Shown here one piece after another: positions 14,301 through 29,254 of a stretch of 64,000 nt of DNA. Below the pieces are notes generated by a model. It ran no database searches. It was given only the letters and a program-made list of their open reading frames with translations, and was not told the DNA's origin. This DNA is from Ophelia neglecta (lineage: Eukaryota), in contig OZ260667.1 in assembly GCA_965285935.1 (NCBI GenBank), positions 27,652,001-27,716,000 on the forward strand, in the 5' to 3' direction. A program made the translations under genes and the position numbers. How positions within the stretch are numbered: position 1 is the first letter of the stretch; each line of letters begins with the position of its first letter.

Positions 14301-16727
14301 CGTCAGACATGATCGACATTGACTAACCGCACAGTTTGAACTTTCGGCAAAGCACTGGTTTACAGCAAAGCCTCCTTTAGCAACCAAATGCTCATTCGCG
14401 TTCTTTTACCGCGAAGAAGATCTGTACAGGCAACCGATAAAGGGTAATAGCAGTGTTGGTAAACCCAGTATACATGCATACATAATCTATCTTTGATAAG
14501 ACAGCAATAAGACTTCCTTTGCAAGTAAGTCGGTATTTTCCTGGTACTATCAAGTTAAAATGGCTAAGGTTGATGTCCAGAGTTTCTCTGGGAGACGAGA
14601 TCTCTTCAGGGTTGAGTCTGGTTACGTAATAGACTTGTTTGCCAAGGTTCTCCACGCAGACGTAGTGCCGGTGGAATGCCGGCTCATTACATATTTATAG
14701 CGGACGATCACGTGGTCAGTGGATGAGCCGGCCACTACGGCTACAGAACCAACAAGCTCTTAAAGGGCACTGCAGCCTTTTGTAACAAAACACTTTGACA
14801 GGAATTACCTGAAAATGTTATAGCCAGACTTATATCCGATATATATGTGATAGCAGTGTATAAAGCAGTAACGTGAGTTTCGCCTCATGTAATGTCTCTT
14901 GAAAGACCTACATACATTAAACAGGAATATACGTGTCTCTTTCGAATAGCAGGCGAGAAAATAGTGAATAGTTATTGTGGAAATATAACTAATTACTAAC
15001 AGTCCCTGCAGACGTACAATGTGCAAGATGATTAACAACACAGTATATTGAGCAATCATTTTCTATGTGGCCAGCCATCATCCGTGGGAAGAAAATGATA
15101 CAGGCAAGTTAAATGGCCAGATGATGCTCACGCTGTTAATAAACCGACGCCTTTACCAATGTTACAAATAATGGAAGTATCATATATGTAAAGACACATT
15201 AGTATCATTAGAAATCAGCTCATATCTGAGAGCCTTACTCTCCTACCATTTAAACCCTGCAGTGTATTATCTACTTACAATTATATATCTTGGGCATTCA
15301 CTTATCTAATATTCAAAGGAAATCATAATGTTTTGGCTAAGTAAAAGTCCCGTAACTTATTGGTAATGTCATTCAATGACACCCAATCCTGTACAGATTA
15401 ACATTAAAAGTTTCAAATAATAAATTTTCGGTAAATCCAAAGTCAACTTAATGGTGGCATATATGTTCCAAAAGCAAGCGCACCATGTGGATTTACAATA
15501 ATACCGGATTGCAGCAGCATTTGGACTAGTTTGGGTTTTATAGATAAATTTCAAATCAAAACATCGTTGGCTTGAGTCTGAGTAAGCCTGTCCTTGCCAT
15601 TTATACTGTCTAATACGAATGACAAATAAAGAAATAAAGGCGTACATAATTCGGAATAATAATAAGTATGATTAACCTGATCCACGTTCCGTGAGCATTA
15701 GCTGAGCTTAAATACATAAAATGTTTTACTACATTTTCTTTTTGTTGCATTTGAAGGTGGTTAGGTAAAAGAAACAATGATGTCATATGCAATAAGTATG
15801 TTTTTCCGCTGTGTTGATTCGGCATTGCTTACATTGACATATGCATTGTAAGCACATTAATACTTCTGTCAAGGAAGACATTGCCCTCTGTTAAAGATGG
15901 TTATTGTGTGTATTTAAAAAAAAAGGTTATAAGAATTACCCAACAAATATATTTTTATCCATGTTTTGCTTTGTGATTTGTTTCGTGGTTGCAGTTGTGC
16001 TTTTTCTGCTGAGACAGTGCATAAATTCTAGATTTTCCTTCTCGTAGTATGTTCCACTTGTTTGGTTCTCATAAATTCGGCAGAAAGAGAGAGAGGGCAA
16101 CAAGGGGCCACAGTGAATACACGAACCAAGTTAGACCTAGAACAGCTATGCATTTTGTGAACATGTAAACCATATCTTCCTAAACAAGGCAGCAGATCAA
16201 TTGGTAGCAAGAGGGAAAATTGTCCAAAAGAAAGTCGATATAGTAATGTCCATTGAATACACCAAATATTCTTGTTACCATGATTTAAGCTGGGCTAGTA
16301 GATGTAAATATATCATTTTTTCACCATGGTAACATGAGATATCAAGATCGATGAATCATTGTAAGCTCCACATAAAACAAGTGATGATGCCATATATGGC
16401 CGACATAACTCATTACAAGAAGTGGGATGATGTCCAGCTTTTTTCGCTTGATTGTAGTTGGCAATAAGTAAATGTGTCCCTGTTCTATGTAATATTATTT
16501 TATCCGGCAGTGAGGCATCATTTTCGACAGGCGGCCTATCTGCTGATTGAAGCTGGCAGTCCAGTTTGAGCGACCTGTTTGTTCGCCATCATAGGAGAAC
16601 GTCTGCCAAGTAATTCGGGTGATTGCTCCCAGTGTGCTCATGCCAGATGACAATCAAGTGCTGACCCTAATACCATATTTCTGACATTTACTCATTTCTC
16701 ACAGAATTGAGCGATGCTGTTACTCAC

Positions 16728-16785
16728 CGACTTGCGGCACCGTGTCCGTGCATGACACAACGAAGGCAAAATCGCAGAATGACAT
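16728..16785 (-). CDS. Candidate alternative first coding exon (MSFCDFAFVVSCTDTVPQV + G, phase 1)
   Basis: acgATG context, open for 58 nt (19 codons + 1) to TCG|GTGAGT, in a locally GC-richer patch. A second, nearer ATG would give phase 2. Confidence 0.3.
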
Positions 16786-19700
16786 CGTGACAGGCGAGTA
16801 GCGTCTTAATATAATTGGTTTGATATCTTTGGTAACCTCACATATATGAAATGAATAGTCCATGATCTACAAGATCCTCCACAAACATTCAGTCAAAGCC
16901 ATTTTTTAATAAAGAAACTGTACTTATATGTTGGCAATATGGTGCCCGGAGAAAAATATTGCGTTTTAGGTAAGCGAATAAAAATATATTATAAATCAAA
17001 AAAAATCTACTGGATGTGCCCATACTCGAAATATGAATTCATATATTTCGTCACATTTTGAAGACAACGAAGCAAATATACAGTGGCAACGTGTACCTGG
17101 CGCATAATTATCTTTCTTTGGCTTTGTAAGTTAGTTATCCATTTCTGTGTTTTTTTTCTACTCATAAATCTAGTGGCTTGTGTACGAGATTTTCTCGGTA
17201 ACAAACTTTAAACTTAAGAATTTACCCGCGATCGGCGTGTTAAATGTCATATGTCATAATATATTTTACTATTTTGCACGTCATGACTTGATAGCAACGA
17301 AGTACAGTGTCCTATGAGATGAAAGGACAAAATTATATCGTATTAATTATTTCATATGCACATATACTCTTTCTTTATACTCTAAAATTCATTAGCTTTT
17401 CCTTAAGACTGTTATTCAAAAAAACAAAATATTTTTTCTTGCCCTATAAAACAAGTGTCCAACGACTTGTTTAGCATGCAGTGTCAATGGTGTCGCCTCT
17501 GAAGTAACAAATTAAAGTGCAGGCATATTTATCATAGTATATTTCAATAGGAAACACAGGCTATAGTTTCCGAAAAGCAACAGTCAGCTCATACGCACGT
17601 ATATAGGTTCAGTTAATTCTGGGCATTGATTAACGCAAGTAGATTATCTTATAGCGATTACACAACTTCTAACAGAGTTTTATCCTAGATAAAATATGCC
17701 CCCAGAAGATCCAACCGGCAGTTAATTTCAACCACATTCAAGCCCGCAAGTGTTGAATATTCTATATCTATATCGGAAAAGACACGAAACATAAGATGGA
17801 AACTGACAGTCTACTTCCTATGCCAATTCTTGTCGGAGTTGTATTGTGGCGGTTTACATAGAAAAGTACACCTTATACGTGCAGGAACAAACCAAATTCA
17901 ATCCCATACAAAGAAAATATCCAAGCACTCGTGCTCAGTATTATTCTGAGGCTACTAAGATAATGGTGCCATGACTGACAAACCTAGTTAGTCGGTAATT
18001 GGAAATTCCAGTGAAGCCAGATACATTCTATGCTGCATGCAAAAACACTATTTGCAATAGAAAGAAGAACTTACATTGTGTGGGAATCCACTGCACGTTA
18101 TTGGTTTTTTGGTTCTGGCAGAACAAATATTCAAATTGACATGTGATAAAAGAACAAGGCTCACTTGCTGAGGATATTCATGATTAAAACCCTGAAGAAC
18201 AACCATTTTAAGTTCAACCGGTTGTGAATACATGGCGGAGAACGAAAACTAATTAATTAAGAAAGAGTACATTCAATTGGTCCAAAATCGTCCGGAACCA
18301 GCTGCCACAACCCCACATACATCAATTGCCAGCTCCCAAACAGTAAATAATGTGGACAAAATATTAAAACATAAAGTGATATCACTTGCAATGAGAGGGA
18401 GTCAATGGTTTTCCATGCGGCGAGTCAAATCACAAAACACGCGAGTCAGTGGTCATCATAGGTTAGTGATAAAAATGCCACCGGTGAGTCTACGGTGGTC
18501 CAAGCTTTGTCGTAATTTTAGGGACCAAAGAAGAAAATCTGAATAAAGACCAAATGGCGGTGTAAATATCCTTGCATACTACATAGGAAAAGGTTACTAC
18601 ATCTTCTTGATACTACAATATTATGCTAACTTTGTTAAGTGAACCAAACACGCTTAAGACACAGAGTGACGCAGGACCACCTGGCCCCTTGCTCTCGGAT
18701 GAGCGGAACGAGTTACTCAAACATTGCAGTCTTTTAGTACGTAGAAGTTACAACATTGGCGACCAGAAACTACACAAGAACATACAAAATGGGAGTCATC
18801 GATCGTAATTTGACTTTCCTCAAGCATGATGGAACCGTTTACAGGAGTCTACATGTCCCCAAGGCGGGTCATACTTAGGTAAAACACCACGGCTACGTGT
18901 CTTTTGTTAAAATCAGACAATGATACAACCGAAAGCCGATAAGAGTACTCATGTATTGGTTTCGTCCACAATCAATTTAAGATATAAATCAATACCACTT
19001 AAATATTTGTTTTCGAAACTGGCAAATTCAATTTTAAATGCTTGTCCTAATAATGATTAAACGCGTAAAAATCAAGTATAATCCAATGAATTTATAATAT
19101 CCCTAATGCTTTATTGTAATAAGATATGACTTTAGACATCCAAAAATAATGTATGTTACTTATAACTGTTCCGCATATTGTCATATTTATTATGGCTTTT
19201 ATATTGACTGCTAACATCACAAACCAATTATTTTTTCTTACATGCAGTTAAACCTTAGTTCCCCCTTTCATACAAAAAACAGCTACCTTAATATCATCTT
19301 TTTGGCTCAACGTCCGAGGTGCCATGTTGCTGAAGAGTTATATAAGAGATATTGTTTGTAATACGAAAATAACCAAATGACCGGCGATATTTACACCGAC
19401 TAAATGTCCAACACTACTCTGAATGGCGATTTGGGCTATGACTCTTATAATGGCAAATTGTTGACTCCTTCTCTTGACTGGCAAGTTAAATTTTTATCAT
19501 TATTAACTAATTTCATAATAAGGATATCTTCCCCTGTTTTTGTGGTTGATATGGCTTTGTTAACACAACTATTTACATTTTCAAATTCCCCCTAATAGTT
19601 TTAATCAATGGCCTTCCTCGCGCATTCGCACTACTTTGTCTAAAGCATAAACACTGAGAAAGACTTTGATTAGTTGGTCCTTTCATTTTAGATATAAACG

Positions 19701-22700
19701 ATGTGCCCTTTGGTTGACCGAATGAAACGCCATGAGGAGCAACAATAAATATTGCAATCAATTTCATTGCGTGGTAAATAGCGGAAATAGTCATTACATA
19801 TACAATATACAGACACATATCAACTAAAATGTCTAGATTTTATGAAACATGAATGGGATTGACCAAATACTCATCGAAATCAGGTCTCGGTGGTATCAAG
19901 TAATCTATCAATTGGCAATAAACCCCATATTCTTGTCCCTGGTGTCGTCACATAAAACGATATATTCGCGATTTGATTGGACACCATTCGATTTCTAGAG
20001 ATCCAAGCGTGACTCAGCAGGAATGGATGTGCCCAAAAGGGACATCCGGTCAAGACTCCCATTCATATAGCATGCACATCGCATTGTCCATATGAGCAAT
20101 TACAAAGATGATCAAATAAGAGGTAAGTCAAATATTTGCTTTCACCTGAAAACCATTGATATATAATACATTTACCAATCAGTATTTGCTAATGCTTCGA
20201 AGTCCATCTGACTATAACAATACATCATACGTTCCCTTTCAAGATTATGATTATGAGATTCCTTTTAAAACTATAATAGAGAACAGTACGTAGAATTGTA
20301 TCTGTCTAATACAAGTCACATTCCTCTCAATTCTGTGGATCTTTATGGATAATAAAATCTTCATTCAGTGCGTTATAAATTGTTTAAAAAACGTACAAAA
20401 TCTTTTGACCAACACGATCCCAAAACCCAAATATTCTTCTCAAACGTATAAAATAATTAGCATTTATTTTGAACTTACGCCAGATATTTAATTGCTAGAA
20501 TGCACTGCAGTTTTCGTTCTTTTGAGGTTGGTAATATGTGTGTTTGCCAATGATAGGATATGAATATTACATATACAGTCCATCCTACTTGTTGTGTGAT
20601 TATAGGATAATTTTCTTTAATATTCTAATTGAATGTATAGTTAATAGGTAGTGTATATTTCGCCCATATTCTGTAGCACATAATTATATCCATAAACATC
20701 TATCAATTTCCACAAGTGTAGTTTCAATCAACATTAATCACCAATAATCAACAATAACTTAAAACTTGAGATAAAAGAAAATCACCGTTATGCTCAATAA
20801 TGTGTGATAAAGTTCCTGTTGCTCAGGACGCTTTCTAGTGTTTTTTTTAGTGTTACAAGCTCGTGTTTTCTGTGACCTAAATGTAATATGTCGGATGACC
20901 ATTTCCTCTATTACAGCTATGCCCACAAGATATTTGCAGCCAATTCGTCTATAATCGTTCGATTAAGGAGTCCAATAATGCGCCTAAATCCAATTTGATC
21001 CTACGAACCATATCTGATTGTAATCGACATTGCATGTAGTCCAGTCGAAAAACAATCCGATTGTGATCCAAGGAAGGTGGAGAATATCGGATCGCTCAAT
21101 GACTGTCCACCAAATATTTGATTAGAAGGCGAGTCTTGTTTCCTACAAGATTGTTCTCTCCCACGAAAGGGCGGGGGTTACGTGGAAAGGCTTAGTACGT
21201 TTTATGCTCACATAAATGGCTAAATTGGCGAAAATATGGTAAAAGTCTCGGGTTTTGTCGACACTGCAGAAATTGATGACAATTTGGCATTTACTCAAGA
21301 GATCAAACTCTGGTCGGCATTGCAATGGTAACATGGTTTAGAGATTACCTGTTTTTACATTTAATATTCCTTACATGTTTTTTTTGAAACAGTGTGTGTG
21401 CTGCTTTAGGTATTAACCAAGTATTACACTATGTCAGTATTGCTTAACCACAGTTTCAGCAAAGATGCAAAACCTACCCTTTCAGTGCTTTGAGTGGAAG
21501 TTGCACATATAAATGCATTCCTACCAATTAAGTACTCATATTGTATAACGTTTAGCTACGCGACAGTTAACAGTTTAAAATGGTGCCGATGTAATTTGTA
21601 ACAATTCAGTAACACTTCTGACAGACAAAATCCTCAGAACACTCTTGGCAAAAAACCCCTGTGACACAGACCTACAATGAGAGCGGACTTTCCTACATCT
21701 GGACGACTGATTCGATTGAAAGATTAAAGCAATAGTTGGCAAAAGGCTCTCCCTTCACGTATAAGTTCGATAAATTGGATATGTATGCACGTTGGATTTG
21801 TTTGCAGATCAAGAGGAATATCCTACGAATAATTGCATAGTAATTGAGCAGAAATATGTGCAAAATAAGAGGGCAAATTGTGAAGAAATCCTAAAAAAGC
21901 GGGAGGGTATATACGGCAGACAAAACAAAAACTATATTCAAGGATAGTCTATAAAACCGCTCCGAAGCATCCGAGCATAACGAATAAATCTATAAATATT
22001 GATAGGCCTACATCCCAGTACGAAAACCATGTCTTGATGTAAAAGAAGGTATGCCGTGACAAGATGGGTTTACCAGTGTGTAACATTACCACATAAGATC
22101 CGCCATTCAATCATCGACTACACTATCCTAGCCACAGTCTCTTTGTAAATATCATTATTGTGATGTAAATCCGGCAGTTACACTTAACGTGACAGGAGTT
22201 CTCATAATTCCATACTCGTCCCACATACTACCTTCCCCCGAGATAGATAATCTGGGATAATTAGGTGAGTTGGCGGTGACGGCTGGTCTTACACACCTGT
22301 GACCTTCTATGACTTGGTAACATCTCCGAAGCTATAATGGTCACCAACTTCATATCTCACCTACCTTTGATCTTTATGGCTCCACTAGTGATTACAAATC
22401 CTGACGAATGTCAGGTAAGTCGATTTTACTATTTAACCGATTCATGCTGCGAGTCTGAAAATCTGACCTGCCTGGTAACGCCGTTCTTGTCGAGAAAAGG
22501 ACAGTGGACAGTTTGATTAAAAATATTATGAATAAACAAATTAGATTTCTTAAAATTGGAAATATATACATGAAAGCGTCTTTCTATCCATACAAAGTTG
22601 CAAATGTATTTAAATATACGTAATGTCATCCACCGATGAAAAAGTCTGGACTAATGCTAATATTTGTATAGCTGGAATATAACGCGGACGTTTAGCCTCT

Positions 22701-24994
22701 TCAGATATAATTACGCATTCCTGTCTCGCTGATTGCCAGGAAGGAGAAGCTGCAACTCGAATGCAATTGTGTCCTAGCGACCTGGGCAGATTGGAGAACA
22801 CTTCAGCGAGATTGCTTTCAATAGCCTGCGGACTGGAGGTATGGGGAATGGCCAACGGCGTCAAGAGAGGAAGTTGATGATAAGAAGGATACCTCAGAGC
22901 TGAAACTAGTGCGTGGGCTTCCTTCCTGACCAGATATTTAAGATAGATAGACAAAAACTTCGACGAAACACAATTAAGTCATAGATCACAAATTCAAGAC
23001 TTCAACTAATTAGTTGATCAAGAGTAAATCTTTAAAACAGTCCTGAATAGACAAGGAGCCGTCACATGTAAAAAATGCAAAAATACACAAATAACTTTCT
23101 CCATGCAAAAAATCTAAAATTTAAAACAATGATCCTAATGAAGTATAGAGACAAATCAATCGTTCATGAAACCACTTTCGATTAACTTCAACATTAGTCA
23201 ATGTCCCATCTCTACGCTGTTATTTCAAGTAAAAAGACTTAATTATTCTGCGGTCAGAAACGATGAGATTGAACGAAGGGCGAACAGGACGTTGACTTAC
23301 AGTATGAACCAGCCACGCTTTCATTATCACTGAACACGTGCAACTGCAAAATAGTATATAGTGTCTGCACAATGCCGGACAATATGACCCTAGGATAGGC
23401 AGAATTGAAGACATGAGTCCAAAACATTACAGTTTTCTTTTTGAGGAGGTTCTCAACCAGTGAGCAAGAGCACTGCAAGAGAGTCCTTTGTTGCTTTTGG
23501 ACGCTCCCCGTTGTCGATCACATTTAATTTTAGACTTAAGAGTTCTTCAAATATTTAGTTACATACAGAAAGCCTGATTTAATGTTTATCAGTGAACCAC
23601 ATGCATTTTCATCAAAAGTTCCTCCGCAACTGACAGACGTGATCGCGGTCGACTGCAATAAGAACTTTAAATAAATGGTTCGCATGATTGGAATTGGGTT
23701 TAAATCTTATAGAGATCGAGGTATATATGAGGCAAATTTAATTGTGTTTGTCGATATTGACTAAGTGAACCCTCAGTCATCAGTGTCGTTTTTCAAAAGT
23801 GCTTTGACTTTTCTCTGGTGTAGAGTGTTCAAGATACTCTTTACTCTGGCATTCTACAAAAGGGCATTTAGCATCAATTGTAGGCAAAGGCCTAATTGTG
23901 ATCATCCCCTCGACATTTTAGGACATCGCCTGGGATTTGACTGCAAATTGGCAACCCGAGATAAAGAGGCGTTCACGTAATCGAGCTGGGCTTGGAAATG
24001 ATCATTGAACCATGTATCACCAGTATTCAATCCAGTTGCTATTTCTTATTTAACTGAAGGGTTAAGGTAAATGCATTTAATAGAACTATGTGTATACATG
24101 TAGTTTAAGATTAAGAGTAGTATCGGCCTTTTTATCTCTATGTCCTTTCACCTATCTTAAGTAAACTTCCCACACTTCGATTTCTTCCATGAAATCCAAG
24201 CACATTTGTAATACAGTGAAGGGAATACACAATGCGGTGAATAAGCATCAATAACTCAACAATAACTAGAAGTCAACATAATCTCACTCGCCGGATAAGT
24301 GTAAATATCATCAGTAATAGCATTTTCTTCTTAACACATATTTAATATGGATGACACTATTTATATATAGCTGACTACAGCCTCCAGCCTCATGTTGGAA
24401 TTTGACCTTACTATTTTTTCGGATTTCGTTTTGTCAATTTTCGTGTCTTCCAGCCGGGGTAAAAGTAGTGATCATTGTGAACTATTTCTTCCGCGAATTG
24501 AGACTGAAGTGAACTCAAGCACTGCCTCATTTACTTATCTTATGAGGTCGTCTAGCTATCTCCAGGGTTGACGCATTCCAATAACCAGAAAAGACGTAGA
24601 CTGCTACACGATACCTTGGCCAGTAAAACATGGATAGAGTGAATATCGTCAAGTGAATAAAATAGTGCAGATATGCCATATCATGATTACATCCACGGTC
24701 GTTTATGTTGGAGACACGACCCCGAAAAGAGTTACTACGCTAAACGTCAATTATATTCGTCTAGAGACATCTTCTGTTTGCCACATTTGCAGGGTGCTGA
24801 TAGGTTTTTGTTAAAAGCAATCAATCAAACTTTAATCATACTACTGGTATAGCCTTTTTAACTTTGCTAATACACTGCTACTCCAGTGGATAAAATCGAC
24901 CATGGACAAGTGCTTTCAATTCCGATATATAGCGAACAAAAACGCCCACTGCATCTGTTTAGTTCAACATGACAGCAGCACTCTAAGGAGCTTA

Positions 24995-25294
24995 GGGACG
25001 GACCATTAGATATCTAGGGGGGGGGGGGGGGGGCAGAAAAAAATGAAAATAAATTTTCTGGCTTTGATTTTCTCAAAAATAAATAATCTGCCAGAAAAAT
25101 ACATGAAACAAAATAATCTGCCTATTATTTTTAAGTAAAAAAATATATCATATAGAGGAAAAAAATAATCTGGCAGTTTCTGTGGTGAAAAATTTTTTTC
25201 TGTCAACTTTATACATGAAAAAAAATTTCCTAACTAGAGCCAAGTTCTCTGCCCCCCCCCCCCCCCCCACCCTAGATATCTAATGGTCCGTCCC
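24995..25294. mobile_element. PIF/Harbinger (Tourist-like) MITE, 300 bp
   Basis: TIR GGGACGGACCATTAGATATCTAGGG / CCCTAGATATCTAATGGTCCGTCCC, extended by poly-G/poly-C. TTA duplicated at 24992-24994 and 25295-25297. Interior is AT-rich and non-coding with aaataatctg repeats. Confidence 0.9.
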
Positions 25295-27192
25295 TTATAT
25301 GCCTAGATCCTAGATGGAAGGTAATAATTGCAAGTATGGGCTTGTGTCTATAAAGACACAAAAAACGCATAAACAAATACCAAGACAGAAAAAATAAAAC
25401 CCTAGTCTACCTTATGCAGGGAAGAGAACTATTTGTGGAAAGACAGATTTCATTGGATTTATACATGAGAACCAGATAGGCCGATATCGTATTGCATAAA
25501 TATAGATTTACATTTACATCGTTGGCAATTTCGCGCCACTGATCGAGTTGAAACATGGCAGTGACTAAATTACACGTCTGTAATCCTGAAAGAACTCCAC
25601 TAGGCAACAACAGTTTTACAATTGTAAGACCTGGATTATTACCTGCCCCACCCGGATGTTGTTATGAAGAATAGGGCGCTAGTGGCCAATTAAAAGTGGA
25701 ATAAAACGTTTAGTCGTATAAGATCGACAACTCTTATATAAAATATCATCGATTCTGACATGATAAGCATGCAATAAATTAGGATGAAACCTCACTTTAT
25801 TAATTAACTGCATTATTAACAAGGAAGCATTTTTATTTTTTTCCCTTATTAATTCACGAGCTCGTTGCAGCCCGTGACCTACTTATTAACAGTGATGTGA
25901 GACGTATAGGGACCATACAAATTGTCGCCTAATAGGACTATGATCTGAAACCGGAAGAGAAGCGCGAAAACGCCAGTGCGCATTTTCAACATCCTACTTC
26001 CGGCCTTTCCAATTAAATAAAGGCTGCTAATGGAACTAATTCGCATATATACATGTACATGGTCGGAAAAGGACACGCAAATAAGCTTTGACCCGAAGCA
26101 AAATTTTACATCTTTCTTAACAGATACTAGCCGTGCCATATTGGTAAAGCTCACAATATCGACCATGAGTAGTCGGAGCAGCCAGGTGACCGCTGGCTTG
26201 CTGATATTTAGTATCATACAAATCGCTTTAAGTCAACCATATATCTTTAATGTGATGATAGATAGAGACTTTATACGTCTAGGTCAATATCAAATAAGCA
26301 TTATGATAAAAAGACGCATGATGAGCAAATATGACAAAGGTACCTACTTAATTAATCAGAACCATTGACATGTTTCTTTGATTATCGGATTTAAGTTGGT
26401 AGATTTCCTCCACCAGTGGACCATTGGGGAAATTGCTGAATATCTCTGCGGTGTGTCTCAGGATCAGAAGACATCAAAACACCAGAAAGTTTGGAAGTTC
26501 TTTCATGAATAGTGTGTTACCTAAGCATGAGCCACACAGTTTATGACTGGTGGTCATGTTATAGGCCGCCTGCCAAGGAGAACGTGTTAAGCACTCGCAC
26601 GGGGAAACTTCGGCCCGAAACTAGTATTTCTAATGGGCGATCTTCTGTTTTGGAAAATCTATTGATGGGTTTAGTTCTAAGATGTTTTTCTTTGAACATT
26701 GGGCCGAAAATGCAAAATGGTTTCTTATCACGGGCGTCGAATGATCCCCGAGGAATATACATCACCGTTAATTTGCTTTCAGGACAGAAGAAGCATAGTT
26801 TATCTTACGGTGCCAGTTGACAAACTGCGTGATTTCCCGCGAGATTATTGGCCTCGCCTTGGGTTGACGAATCAAACCACCTGGGGGTCATTGCCAACAA
26901 ATATATCTTTTCGCAGTATGAAAGTCAAAAGACTAACTAATTGATGTCAACATAAGTTACGTGAAGGTACAGATCGGCCGAGTTTTCCGTTTTTCAATGA
27001 TTATCGTGTATTAAGAGGTTTCCATTTGCCTTCTTTACCATCAGCTTGATATGAGTACAGACTTGCTAAGCATTGCTGAATCAATCACACCTGTACCGCT
27101 GCGCGCGGATGAGCGGCTTTACTAATATATTCACCTATTTTCATGGTATGATGGTTTCTACTAAGGGGAAGTAAAGGGAATCGTTTAGTTAC

Positions 27193-27316
27193 CTTGGTCG
27201 AATTTGCCAGAAGCAGAACGAAGACTGTTGACGAAACTCAAATCATTGAAATGAGCGCTCCAGACACTGCACAAAGCTTCCTCGATAGCGTGAACGATCT
27301 CACTAGAAATCTCCAC
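27193..27316 (-). CDS. Candidate first exon with possible GUG start: (M/V)EISSEIVHAIEEALCSVWSAHFNDLSFVNSLRSASGKFDQ + G, phase 1
   Basis: Donor AAG|GTAACT. 124 nt open frame (41 codons + 1) from gccatcGTGg, with an in-frame TGA three codons upstream. Alternative reading: a 32-nt internal exon 27193-27224 after tttcgtcaacAG. Confidence 0.35.
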
Positions 27317-27563
27317 GATGGCTCATTGACATGTGAGGCACAGAGCATACAACAGCACACGTTATACTGGCCACGCTCAACACCGACTGAGTCCTGGCAA
27401 ATTTCTCCGCGCTTGCATACCTCCCTCGAACAGACGACTCAACAACAGCATCAACTGATTGAGCTAGTTAACTTAAGATTAGGAGTTAGTTGAGATGGTC
27501 GCTCAATACAACTGTTAGATATAAAGATCAATATCATTATCTTAATTCCAATGGTATTGCAGA

Positions 27564-27575
27564 TGAGTCACGTGA
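27564..27575. promoter_or_regulatory. Overlapping AP-1 (TGAGTCA) and E-box (GTCACGTGA) motif
   Basis: TGAGTCACGTGA lies ~250 bp upstream, in minus-strand sense, of the 27316 candidate start. Motif match only. Confidence 0.25.
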
Positions 27576-29254
27576 ACGAATGTCTGCAGTGAGTACTGTA
27601 ACATGCTAGTCTATATTGTCAACGACCAAGTATACATGGCTATTTGACAGCTTATTTTATACCGCTGTGGCCCATGAAAAGACGCCATATTTCTGTCGAT
27701 ACATGCCAAATATATTCAGTCACTGTACGTTCCTGGTTATTGGAAATCCGCCGATCGCGCACTGCGTCCCTGGCCACCCACTCAGCAGCGCTGTGGTGCC
27801 CCAAAGATCGTTTTTTCCAAGCCTTGTTTACTTTAGCAGGTCAGATGGCATCTTTCGACCTGACCAGACCGTTGTAGACATTATTTGGTTCATGGTGACA
27901 AAAAGGGAACACATATATACGTGAGACCTAAGATGCTATGATGGTAGGGGTCTACATCTATCTAACGGAAGTAGAATAGTAACCAGATAACGAGTTTCTA
28001 AGCTAACTTAAATTGATTTCTGCCATAATACAATCCGAAGTGATACTGTTTTGGAACAAGAAGTAACTGCCAAGTATAGGAGAGGGTAGGATTAGAGATT
28101 GGCTCATTGGAATTTCATGTATTAACTCACATCTATTGGGAAGTCGGCATGTGATCAGCGAAGCATTAACAACAGATATGGTAAATATATTGATGAAATG
28201 ACACGGTTGAGTTCAACGCCGAGCAGGCTGCGATTTGAGTGGCACTGAGCACAATGATCTCTGATTAATACCAAAATAATGAACAACAAATCTAGTTTAA
28301 CGAGACGTGATGTGATGGCTTATAAATATAGTCGCTTCTCGCCTTAACATTATATAGAACATCGTATAGGTAGGGCTGAATAATATTTTTACCTCGAATA
28401 TGTGATTTTATTTTTGTAGCAACGTTCTAAAGCCAATAAGAAAGCCATATCGGAAACTGTGATGATTTATGAAAGCTGGTAGTCCCATTCTTTATACCTT
28501 ACCTTCACTGACTTGTGTCGTTTATGCCCCAGAGCTTTATCGGAGTATTAGATCAAAGTCTGTGAGCAAGATACATTCTTCGAAACTTGCGATCAAAATC
28601 ATCACGAGAGCCAGATTGATAAATGGTAACAATAAAGAAAGCAAACAAAAAAGTTATATTCTGATATATTGTCGCATCACAAGTTCCACAATTGAGGCTG
28701 ACTAATATATAGTTTCATTAAAGAAAAGTGTACCAATAAATATAACTTCCTTTACATTATACATTCTCGTTATACATAATCCAGATAATTCAGACAAAAA
28801 TCAAGCCGGTGATGACACCTGTTTGTGAATTCCGTCACTAATCTTGCTCCGACAATTTAGACAGAGATACGAGCTGTACCAGTGGTAGGACATTGTTCTA
28901 CAACAATACAGATCAGTTTACGAGACTCCACGTGTCAGGTATCTGAAGTAAAGGAGTAATTTGGGAGATATAAGGGACAGTCACTGCGATCTTCATCACC
29001 CTGACCGTATATATATATATATAGGTCTTGTAGAATACATCCCAATCCATTTAAAACTTACACCTGCTATGTTCCGCTAGCCCGTGGACAGCCATAAAAC
29101 AAGGAATGTGCTCATTTTCTGTCCACCTGGCTATGATAATTGCATAAACTTATCCCCTGGCCAGAAATATGCCTACACTATGCTTAATATGAACTAAAAA
29201 AAAACTGGCTACGCACACACTTCCAATATTGAAAACCCAGAATGGCTTACGTAC

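Noticed and set aside
22079-22182. TGTAAC..GTTACA segment as a solo LTR
   Set aside because: No TSD, no AATAAA, and very short.
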